DNA of 64,000 nt from Malacoraja senta (lineage: Eukaryota), in assembly GCA_038087875.1 (NCBI GenBank), contig CM075990.1:6388001-6452000 (forward strand). The letters are read 5' to 3'. Of the stretch, positions 11,523-21,949 are shown in pieces; position 1 is the stretch's first letter, and each line of letters begins with the position of its first letter. The notes under the pieces were generated by a model that was given only the letters and a program-made list of their open reading frames with translations, was not told the origin of the DNA and did no database searches. The translations under genes and the position numbers were made by a program.

Positions 11523-11801
11523 GGGGCGGTGCAGTTGTAGAGTTGCTGCCTTACAGCGCCAGAGACCCGGGGTTGACCCTGACCACTGAGTGTTGTCTGT
11601 GCGGAGTTTGTACGCTCTTCCCTTGACCGCGTGAGGTTTCTCCGGGTGCTCCGGTTTCCTACCACACTCGAGAGACATACAGGTTTGTTGGTTAATTGGC
11701 CTCGGTAAAAAGTGTAACATTGTTCCTAGTGCGTAGGATAGTACTACTGTGCGGCATAATCGCTGGTCGGCGCGGACCTCGGTGGGCCGAAGAGCCTGTT
11801 T
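11523..11801 (+). mobile_element. HE1-like tRNA-derived V-SINE
   Basis: tRNA-like head (..AGAGACCCGGGGTTGACCCTGAC), central GGAGTTTGTACG..GGTTTCTCCGGGTGCTCCGGTTTCCT.CCACA V-domain, 3' GGTGGGCCGAAG.GCCTGTTT. Confidence 0.8.
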
Positions 11802-12265
11802 ATTTTATTTTCAACAAATTTGATTAGTTTGAAGTAATTTGGGCACCCAGCAATTGATCAGAGCGTGTAACACATGTCACACCTCTGTACGACGATTTGT
11901 CTATTTGCCGTGCCCCTAATTTTGAATACCTGGCATAGCCAACAGATGAATATTATCTCAGAACTGATCCTCACAGAGATCGTTGGTTGGTTAATTGGTC
12001 ACTGTAAATTGCCTCCAGTTTCTCGGTGAGTGGTAGAATTTGTGAATTTGGGGAGAATAAAATAGGATGAATGTAGGATTGCTGTAAATGGATATTTGAT
12101 AGCTGGCGCGACCCCGGCGGGTGGAAGGGCCCGTCTCCGTGTTGATTAACTCAATGACACACGAAGCGGGGCGAGATTTGCGCATGTTTTATAGTTTCGG
12201 AAATGGATTGAAAGTAATGCTAAGCGTCACTATGAACGGATAGTCAACATCGCAACGTACATTAC

Positions 12266-12456
12266 CTGAGATCCACAATCAGCGCAACGGTGTGTGCAAG
12301 TTTACTCCATATATGCTTCTCCATTAGATCTGACACTTGGGTGATCAAGTCAATGTCAGCGAACATGTCGAACCGGAGGTAGCCGACGGCATTGTCAAAC
12401 ACTTTCGTTTGGAAGGCAAATTTAATTAAGTCTTCTAACATATCCGGAGATGGGAT
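12266..12456 (-). CDS. RBP3: RBP3 exon 2 (module 4), not present in the supplied ORF track
   Basis: Acceptor tgcttttcctAG, donor GTAATG; 191 nt encoding IPSPDMLEDLIKFAFQTKVFDNAVGYLRFDMFADIDLITQVSDLMEKHIWSKLAHTVALIVDL(R), aligned by eye to IRBP module 4. Confidence 0.93.
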
Positions 12457-12534
12457 CTAGGAAAAGCACATGGTAGGAGTTAATAGATTGCTTGTTCAAT
12501 GCCCTGAAATTGAATTATGTTTTATTTCGGATTA

Positions 12535-12985
12535 GAACGTTCATAGGTGATTGGAGCAGAATTACGCCATTCGGCTCATCAAGTCTACTACGTCATTCGG
12601 TCACAGCTAATTTATCTTTCCCTCTTAACCCAATTCTCCTGCCTTCTCCCCATCACCCCCTGACACCCGTACTAATCAAGAATCTATCAATCTCTGCCGT
12701 TAAAAAAAAAATCAATTGGCTTAGCCTCCACAGCCTAGTGTGGCAATGATTTCCACAGATTCACTAAAGTAAATCCTCCCCCCTTCCTAAAGGAACGTTA
12801 TTTAATTCTGAGGGTATGAAGTCTGGTAATAGTTTCTCCCACTAGTCGAAACATCCTCTCCACATCCACTCTATCCAGGCCTTTCACTATTCGGCAAGTT
12901 TAAATGAGGTTCCCCTTCACCCTTCAATACTCAAAATGCGGTCTGACCAGCGCCTTATAGGGCAACGGCATCCGTTCCTGTAAAC
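12535..12985 (-). mobile_element. Degenerate CR1 3' fragment in RBP3 intron 1
   Basis: Minus strand YKALVRPHFEY and CR1-type 3'UTR remnants. Confidence 0.65.
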
Positions 12986-13004
12986 GTATTTTCTGTAAAC
13001 TTAC

Positions 13005-15105
13005 CGGCATGGGAACCACGCTGAGGATACGGTCCTTTGGATTTTCGGGGATATGCGCTACCTTGAGATGTTTATCACCAGAGAGTTTCTGCAGGTCCTC
13101 TGATAACTTCTGAGCCAGCTCCATCTCGGAATTAATGGCATTGTACTTCCCCTCTTCAATCAAGTCGGCGACCTGCCCCGCTACCTTGGCGCCGGTTGCA
13201 GCAAACGCGTAATTGTCATCCACCAACTTTGCGGCTGTTCGTACAATCCCAGGCACCTTGGCCCGAAGCTCGATGATGCCAAGCGCCACGCCCATGGCTT
13301 CATTAGCCTGGACCATAACATGCGGCTCAGCGCCGCAGACGCTCCAAACCTTCCCGGTGACAGCGCTCAGGGCGACTAGATTCGGGATGGATACATAGAG
13401 GTTGCTGTTTTCTATCCTGTAAATGGCGACCGACAAGGCACCTCCGATGGTTGGCTCCCCGATCACCGTTGCCCTGTTCATATCTTTCATTGCCCGGGCG
13501 AACGCCTCTGCGGCAGAGCCCGTGATGTGGCTGGTGAGGATGTAGACATCCTTATCGGGGCCATACCTTCGGCCACGAACTTTTTGGCAGCGTCCATATT
13601 TCCAAAGTGGACGAGGAGGAGCGGTTGAACACAGAATAAAGATGACGGGCGGGTTCGGGGTCGAAGAAATAAGAGCACAAAACTGGAATGACGGTTGAAT
13701 ATCCACCGACGTTGTACCTCATATCAAGGATCAAGACGTCAGTATCGACCAATTTGTTCCACACTTGGTCTAGTAACTGTGGAACAATAACGTTGATGAT
13801 TTTTGCGTCGGCCATCATGTCGAAACGGAGGTACCCAATGTTATTTGGTAACACTTCCATTTTGAAAAGGGCTTGAATGATATGGTCGAGTTCCTCCGGG
13901 GTTGGTACTCTACCCACCTGTTCCTCCGGGACTTTAGGTGCGCTCTCGCTGTAGAAAACGCGAAACCGGTGGTCGCCAGAGGCCTCCTTCAGATCCGAGG
14001 CGAGCTGAGCAGTCAGCGACTCGTAGTCTACAACAGAGCGGTATAAACCACCCAGCCACTTTGAACGGAGCAGGGAGCTGACCTTGGCGGCCGCCTCTGG
14101 GATGGCATAGTGAGCATTCAGGAGAGCCCCAGTGTGCTCCACCAGCCGAGAGACTTCAGCGTGGAACTTCATAACATCCCTCGCCTTATCCAGCGCCTCT
14201 TCCGCCAACACAATGGCGTCGGGCACCACTCCGCCTCCCAGCCAGCTCTCCCCGGTGTTATCCATAAAGTTGATGAAGGGGATAGTAACCGTCAAGTTGG
14301 TGTTTTCGATGTGAAAAGTTCGCGAGTGGAGAAGGATGCCGGATGTGATCTCCCCAATCACGGTGGCTCTGTACAGTGACTGCATGAGGTAGGCCAGCTC
14401 CTCGGCCGCCGTGGCGGTGTGGTGACTGGTGAGTACATACACGTCCTTCCTCGATCCATAGGAGCTCCCATCCAAATCAGAAAGAGTGACGAATTCTTTG
14501 GTGGAGTTGTTCAGCCGGTTATATACGGTGTACAAGCGAACGGGTGGGCTTGGGTCTTGGAAGTAGGACAGCAACACCGGCACAGCGGCCGATGTGCCAC
14601 CTACATTGTGCCTGAGATCTAGAATTAAATTGGCAGTGTCATTAATTGTCCCCCAAACCCTCTCAACTATGTAGGGCCTCAGTTTCTTCAGCGCCGACTC
14701 GGTGGGAAACATATCGAATCTCAAGTAGCCAGTGTTGCCCGGTAAAATGTCCACCTGAAACACGGCGGCTACCACCTGCTGGAGATAACTGACATCGTCT
14801 GGGAGTTCCTCAGATGGACTCTGGTTTGTGGTGACCGGGGTTCCTGAACTTACACTGACCACCAGGCGGGGATCAGCAGAGATGGCCTGTAGCTCGTAGT
14901 TAAGCTTTTCCGCTAGGTCTTGCTCTGAAGTCACGGCCGAGCCAGCGACATGGGCAACCCGACTGGCCAGAGAAGGCACATGATCCACGAAGACATAGTA
15001 CGCGTACAACAGCTCAGTGACCTTCCGGATGACACGGGGCATCTCCTTCCTCACGGCCAGAATGGAGGTCGCTTTCTCGAGGGCGCGCTCAGGGGTGGGG
15101 TTGGT

Positions 15106-15136
<31 letters not shown>

Positions 15137-15153
15137 GGGGGGGGGTGGGGGGT

Positions 15154-15185
<32 letters not shown>

Positions 15186-16005
15186 GGTGGGGGGGGCCAA
15201 TGCGGAACTTTTGGACCTCGAGGGAGCCTCCGGCTGTCTGCTCCCCGACCAGGAGTCCGCGGTCTAAGTGTTTCAGGATGTAGGCCACGTCCTCCGCCGC
15301 TCCATGGGTGTTCCTGCTAACTAGCACCAGAACGTCCTTCTTCTTGCCGTAGCGTTCACCCAGCAGAGCGGGCAGGGTCCAGATCTCCTTTGTGGCGTTG
15401 GACGGGCGATCGTAGATGGACTCGACGTGAATCGCGGGGTTTGCCTCGCAGAAGTAAGATACAATGAAAGGGATACCGGAGACCTTCCCGCTGGTGCTGT
15501 AGCGGAGGTCCAGGATCATGGCGTTGGTGGTGACCATGTATTTCCAAACTGTGTCTACTAGAATCGGGCCAACCACTTTGACGATGTCCTCTTCAATGAT
15601 GTGGTCAAGTCTCAAGTAACCCACGTTATTGTCCAAAATTTTAAATTGGATAGAATCTCGGACCAAGGCAATGAGCATCTCGCGGCTCGGGAGAGGCCGG
15701 TCGATTGGTTCAGGGGCAGAGGTTCCGGGTTCATACGAGACCACTAGCCGGGGGTCGTTCAGAGCTCCCTGGACACCCGAGGTCAGCATTGCGGCCAGGG
15801 TTTGAGGGTCGGTCACTCGCAGAATGTCGCCGCTCTGATTGATCTGCCCGCTGGCCTCTTTCATCCCAACCAAGTTTTCTGGAAAACAGTACTTGTCCAA
15901 CAGGATCTTAGCCATGTCCAACATCAGCGAGGACTGAAACATCTCCCCGATGGGCACATGTTGGAGCAACAAAAAGGCCAGGCCGATGAACGCAGTTGCA
16001 GCCAT
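13005..16005 (-). CDS. RBP3: RBP3 / interphotoreceptor retinoid-binding protein exon 1 (signal peptide, modules 1-3, start of module 4); contains an apparent +1 frameshift and a poly-G substitution
   Basis: MAATAFIGLAFLLL signal peptide, then FQSSLMLDMAKILLDKYCFPENLVGM and three S41-like modules (GYLR.D, ILDLR, TAAEE, VIGE.T.G). ORF 16005-13552 hands over to ORF 13706-12924 at a T5 run (13581-13585). Donor ATGCCG|GTAAGT at 13004, the conserved VPM(Q/P) intron position. Confidence 0.95.
15092..15196 (+). repeat. 105-nt G/T-only low-complexity tract inside RBP3 exon 1 (probable sequencing/polishing artefact)
   Basis: Almost pure G on the plus strand; translates as about 35 Pro-rich codons in place of the conserved end of module 1. 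Confidence 0.9.
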
Positions 16006-16079
16006 TCTTCACACAACTCCACTCCCCCGGCGGGGCCGACCCTGAAACAATCCTCTCCACTCCAGTCTGAAATGAACGC

Positions 16080-16160
16080 TGTCTGTTTTAAATCCAGATG
16101 CTCCGGATGAGACAGATTTAAGCTTTCATTTATGTTGAGCGGGTAATCTCATTAGTTTGA
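16080..16160 (-). promoter_or_regulatory. RBP3 proximal promoter with CRX/OTX-type homeodomain sites
   Basis: TAAT-CTC-ATTA (P3 palindrome with a TAATCT half site) at 16144-16154; minus-strand GGATTTAAAA (TATA-like) at 16095-16086; 80-150 nt upstream of the ATG. Confidence 0.55.
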
Positions 16161-16304
16161 GCGCAGTTACCCAGACCATTGTCTATAAATAATACAAATT
16201 AGCGCTCTGCGTAAATACATATGGCGGGTTAAATTCTATACGAATCTCAGACCGGCGCAGGATCCATGGTCGAAGTTCAGCCAGAGTATATACAATACAT
16301 TTAT

Positions 16305-16307
<3 letters not shown>

Positions 16308-16362
<55 letters not shown>
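16308..16362. repeat. (TA)n microsatellite
   Basis: Uninterrupted TA run. Confidence 0.95.
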
Positions 16363-16365
<3 letters not shown>

Positions 16366-16446
16366 GTACGTTTTTATATATGATTATGTATATATTACAC
16401 ACGCACTATATGTCTGTCTATGTGTGTACATATAGGTATATATATT

Positions 16447-16720
16447 AGACACACAATGCTGGAGTAACTCAGCGGGACAGGCAGCATCTCTGGAGAGAAG
16501 GAATGGGTGACATTTCGGGTCGAGACCCTTCTTCAGACTGATGTCAGGGGAGGAGGCGGGACAGAGATAGAATGTAGTCGGAGACTGGTGGGAGAACTGG
16601 GGGAAGGGGGAGGGGATGGGTAATGAGGGAAAGCAATTTAACGTTAGAGAAGTCAATGTTCATACCGCTGGGGTGTAAGCTACCCAAGCGAAATATGAGA
16701 TGCTGTTCCAACCAGCATCT
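16447..16720 (-). mobile_element. Penelope-like 3' end with terminal repeat
   Basis: Minus strand LEQHLIFRLGSLHPSGMNIDFSN followed by CTGAAGAAGGGTCTCGACCCGAAATGTC. Confidence 0.8.
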
Positions 16721-17819
16721 GCGGTTCTTTGTATGTGTATGTGTATATATATATATACACATACACACTCGTACGTACATACATATATACACACACGCGA
16801 TACACACACAAACACACTCGTATACACACACACAAACATACATCTATATATATACATATATCTGTCCATATATAGTCTAAGTTCCGACAGTTGCCTATTA
16901 TGAACGGCATATCTACATTTATGATATATATATATCTACACCACATATTCAAGGCAGCAATAACTCGGAATGCTAATTTGTGATCAGTAAATGACATCGA
17001 CGTTTCTTGCTATTTTGATATTAATTTTCCTTCAATGCTACTCTGTTTTGAAGAGATCTAAATAGGATTGCCATTACAGAACCCCTCTGGCTCTACTATT
17101 AGGTGGTGCCATTTGTAAGCGCGGAATTAAAGCGGCCCAGGTTTCCCACTGCATTACGTAAATGGAATCCGCTGTGACACTAATCCCCGAGCAATACGTG
17201 ATTAACTTTTTAACACCGCCGAGTAACATATGGCCGTATCTGACCACCTGCCTCAGCCAATGGAAGTCCTTGTGTCACGGTTACCGAGACTGCTTATCAG
17301 TTCAGCTGCCTTCGGGTCAGTGTGATCAGGAAGGCAACAGGTGGACCTCAGCAGCTGTTGTGACCATGCCTTGACGCTAGGTGCAGTTTTTCGAATATTT
17401 TGATATTCTTACGAGAGCGAAGCCAGAAAGAAGGGTCTCGACTCGAAACTTCCCCCATTCCTTCTCCCCAGAGATGCTGCCTGTCCCGCTGAGTTCAGCA
17501 TTTTGTGTCTAAGTTCTGTTTAATACAGCATCTGCAGTTCCTTCCCACACAATGTGCAGGAAACGGTTGCAAAGGTTACAGAAGGCTGGGGAGACCAAGT
17601 CAATGGGTATTTTTAAGGCAGAGATGGATAGATTCTCGATTAGTACGGGTGTCAGGGGTTATGTGGAGAAGGGATGATAATGGGGTTAAAAGGGAAAGGG
17701 AGATCAGCCATGATCGAACAGCATAGCAGACGTGATGGGCAGAATGGTCTAATTCTGCTCCTATTACTTTTGAAATTGTGAACTTTCTAATCCGAAATAA
17801 AACAGGCTCGGCGATCGTA

Positions 17820-18300
17820 TCCCACACTGACCTTTCTGTCCTGGGCCTCCACCACTGTCAAAATGAGGGCCAGCCCAAATTGAAGGAACAGCACCTCATA
17901 TTTCGCTTGGGCAGCTTACACCCCAGCGGCCAGCGGTATGAATATTGACTTCTCTATCTTCAAGTAACCCTTGCTTTCCCTCTCTCTCCATCCCACCCCC
18001 TTCCCAGTTCTCCGACCAGCCTGACATTTTATCTCTGCTTGCTTTGTTGTTACCTTCTCCTTGCTAACAATAATCTATTCTATATTTTCCTTGATCTTCC
18101 ATCCCCTTTGTCTCGTTTTCACACCTTACATTTCCTTATCTCTGTATCTCCCTCTCCCCCGATTCAGTCTGAAGAAGGGCCTCGACCCGAAATGTCACCC
18201 ATGCCTTCAATCCAGAGATGCTGGCAGTCCCGCTGAGTTACTCCAGCATTTTGTGTCTATCTTCGGTTTAAACCAGCATCTGCAGTTCCTTCCTACATCA
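17820..18300 (+). mobile_element. Penelope-like 3' end with full terminal repeat
   Basis: SHTDLSVLGL..LKEQHLIFRLGSLHPSG, then a pyrimidine-rich tract, CTGAAGAAGGGCCTCGACCCGAAATGTC and AAACCAGCATCTGCAGTTCCTTCCTAC. Confidence 0.8.
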
Positions 18301-18602
18301 TAAGTGTTATTTTGTTTGCATCCTGGTTGGATTCGTTTATAGCAAAAAGCAAAAGCAGGTTACATTAACAGATATATCTTTCCTAAATTTAAAGTGTGAC
18401 ATTTCACATGGAACTGAAATTGATGTTATTTGCGTGTATTTGGATGGAATGTCAATCCTAGTTTTAACACCGTTCACTGTAGTTACACAAATACAATGTG
18501 TTTGAAATAGGATTGCGCTGTAAATTTGTCTAAAGAATGGTCATGACAAGAAGCATTTTACCTATCCATGTTCTTCAGAGATGCTGCCTGACCTGCTGAG
18601 TT

Positions 18603-19651
18603 TTTTTAATTTTTAATTTTTATTTTTATTGGAAGCAATTGTACAAAAAAGAATGACTTAACAGTTCTACAACTCTAGCACAGCTTCAATTTTAACAATT
18701 TACAAACAGAATATTAAATTGAAATAAGAAAAAAGAGAGAAGAAACGAAAGAGAAAGATGAAAAGAATGAGAAAGAAGAGATGTCCGCCGACCCATCCTT
18801 GCGCCCGCTCACCCAGCCTTACAATCAGTTTTGAGTGTGTTCAACCATTGTATTGTTCAAGAAATTCAATAAAAGACCATATTTTTAAGAATTGATCTGA
18901 TTTGTCAGTCAAAACAAACCTAATTTTTTCTAGATGTAGTGTCTCTGTCATTTCCGTAATCCACATCTTCACTGAGGGGACTTGTCTTTTTCCAAAATGT
19001 AAGTATATTTTTTTGCTGATATTAGACCGTAATAAAGAAAGCGTCTTTGAAATACCGTTAGTTTGACACATGCCTCTGATATTCCCAGTATTATCAGTTT
19101 TGGGTCTGGTTCTCGTGGAATTTTCAGTGTTTTAGAGGTAACATTAAAGACTTCCATCCAAAAATGTTCTATTTTTGTGCAGAGTACAAAAGTATGGGTT
19201 AAGGTGGCTTCATGAGAATGACATTTGTCACAAAGGGGGGAAACACTTGGGAAAATCTTGCTCAATTTGGCCTTTGGGTAATATAGCCTGTGCAGTACTT
19301 TAAACTGTATCAGGCAGTGTCTGGCATTTAAAGAGCAATGATGTATGTATTGTCGGCTTTCGTCCCATATATCCTTGGAGATGTGTTAGCCCATCTCATC
19401 CTCCCATGAACGCCTATAAATCTCGGATGATGGAGTGTCGATGTTTTTTTGGGGGTATCTGAAAAAGTTATTGGTGTTCAGATCGTATTTCTCCTGCAAT
19501 TCTTGAAAGGAGGAAAGAGTCCCCTTCTGATAAAAGTCTCCCACAGTATTGATTCCCTGATTCTTCCATTGAACACAATCCACATCTAGAGTAGAAGGTT
19601 TAAAAGAGGGATTATTTGCAATGGGGAGAAGAAGAGACATGTTTCTCAGTT
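18603..19651 (-). mobile_element. L1/Tx1-clade LINE, 5'-truncated ORF2 C-terminus, with a 14-bp target-site duplication
   Basis: Minus-strand CLIQFKVLHRLYY..SKIFPSVSPLCDKC..ATLTHTFVLC..FW (C-terminal CCHC region); T-rich tail at 18601-18630; TGACCTGCTGAGTT at 18589-18602 and 19652-19665. Confidence 0.85.
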
Positions 19652-20274
19652 TGACCTGCTGAGTTACTCCATGTTTTTTTTGCGTTGAAAATTGTTCGAC
19701 CTGTCTCGGTCCAGTCTGAAGAAGTATCCCGATCCAAAACGTCGCCTGTCCATGTCCTCCACAACACAGGGTTACTCCAGCACTTGGTATTCTGCGCAAG
19801 ATTCCAGCATCTGCAGTTCCTTGTGTCTCAGTCCCGTCCCTCCAGATCACCACAAGGTGGCAGTGGCGCCGCTGTATTTGCACCGCTCTGAGAGCGGCCT
19901 GAATGATTAATTACTGAACCCAAACCAGAAATAAATAGCTTCATCAATAACCCCCTTATTGCTTTGCCTGTTAAAAGTTAGATCGAAATCGCAATTGAAA
20001 ATATCTAAACATGACATCGATTGTGTATTATTAGGGCATACAGTAACATATTTCGCAATTCCACATCAACTTTACAAATGTATCCTAACGTCGCATTTTT
20101 CTGCACTAGAGCCTTAGAGTTATTTAAATTTATAATCACAAAATGTTCTAGTCACTATATGTATAAGTTCACCGGATATTATTTTCATTTGGCCTTTAAT
20201 TAAACAATTTCACCTGGAACCAGGGTTGTCTCGCTTCTCAGCGTTTGGACTAGTTTCTCAATTGGTTTGTCATA

Positions 20275-20735
20275 GAGTCATACAGCATGGAAACAGTCGC
20301 TTCGGCCAAACACGTCCATGCCGAACAAGATGCCCCGTCTAAGCCGCTCCCATTTGACGGTGTTTGGCCCATATCCCTCTAAGCCTTTCCCGTCGACGTA
20401 CCTACCCAAGTGTCTTTTAAATGCTGCCATAATACCTGCATCGACCACCTCCTCTTGCAGCTTCTTCCATGCGCCCTCCGCCCTCTGAGTGAAAAGGTTG
20501 TCCCTTTCAGATCCTGCCCCTTCTTGTCCATCGCGGCATAAACCTATGTGCTCTAGTTTTGTTTCTATCCTGGGTAACACTTTGTGCATTCACCTTATCT
20601 ACCCCGTCATGATCTTATACACCTCTATAAGACCTCTCATGATCTTATGCACCTCCTGCGCTGTAAGGAAAAGAGTCCCAAACCTCTCCCTGTAGCTCAG
20701 GTCCTCCTCGAGTCCAGGCGACACCCTCGTAAACT
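20275..20735 (-). mobile_element. Degenerate CR1 3' fragment
   Basis: Minus-strand ORF LFTQRAEGAWKKLQEEVVDAGIMAAFKRHLGRYVDGKGLEGYG. Confidence 0.75.
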
Positions 20736-21949
20736 GTCTATCAATTAAACTTAAGAACATTTACGCATGCCTTTATCACACATTATTTATATGCGTTAGA
20801 AAAATCGGTAATATCCCATATACATACGAACCTCGCCTTAGACCGGGTTTAATGACCACTAGTGCCCGTCAGACGCTTCAAGCGCTCACACACACACTGT
20901 TTCAGCACCACCACTCATGCCGATTACTGGCCGGGAGATTATTTGACCGCAGTTATAATGTAGCAATGTAATTACAGATGCAATTAATAACGTATCCCAA
21001 TTGTCGTTAAAATCGGGGTAAGGCTAGATTCATATGTGCAAGAGAAATTTCATGTTAACGATTGCTAAAGAACATCTAAATATATGATATGACAACGGAG
21101 ATGGCAAAAGCCATGATCTCGAGAAACCTTTCGCAAATTTCCCCTTACAAATGGACCACGTTCAAGGAGCACAGTTATGGCTGCTGTCGGAAGCTTACAG
21201 TTTCCATGACATGGACATTAATTAAAATAAGAACAGCAGACCTTCAGTTCGTCCAAACTTAACAGGGTGTAAAACAGAAAGTGCCGGAGCAATTCAGCGG
21301 GTCAGGCAACAACTGGGGGGGGGGGGGGGTGGACAGCTGACCTGTTGGCCGGGACCTTTCTTGAGTCAGTTTGAAGAAGGGCCCAGATCCTGTCCAACTG
21401 CCTGCTTCGCCAGGTGCTGCCTGACCAATTGCGTTGCACCAGCAGTTTGTGTTTTGCTCATGATCCAAGCAACTCGTCTTTTTGTGTCTCCAGGCGTCAT
21501 CGTTTCTGTGTAAGTTATTTCATGTGGTCCATAAGACCGCAAGGCCACATTTGCATAACATATTGGAGCAGTATGAGGCCATTGGGTCCATCGAGTCTAC
21601 TCGCCACTCCATCATCATGCCTGATCTATTTTCCCCCTCCCAACCCCATTTTTCCAACCTTCTCCCCCGTAACCTTCGACGGCCTTATTAATTAAGAACC
21701 TATCAATTTTCGCTTTAAAATTATCACCAATGTCTTGACCTCCACAGCCATCAATGGCAGTGAATTCCACAGATTCCAGCACTCTCATTTGGAAAACCTT
21801 GGTTAGACCACACCCAGCTCAAATCTGATGACGGAAGAGATTGAGGCACAAAGTCAAATCTAATCGAGGGAAATAACTTTTTACACTCCTCTCGAGTGAA
21901 GACTTGGGCAAAATGATGAAAATCCCCTCAAGGCAGAGAAGCCAGGAAC

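Noticed and set aside
12924..13004. C-terminal VSLQKIRLQERMPLPYKALVRPHFEY of the 260-aa ORF as an IRBP tail
   Set aside because: Lies past the GTAAGT donor at 13004 and reads into a CR1 remnant; a proper exon 2 exists at 12266-12456.
14950..15320. Plus-strand poly-Gly ORFs
   Set aside because: Products of the G tract, antisense to RBP3.
13005..16005. Declaring RBP3 a confirmed pseudogene
   Set aside because: All three defects (homopolymer indel, poly-G tract, gap) are typical assembly errors, while the remaining codons, splice sites and promoter motifs look intact.
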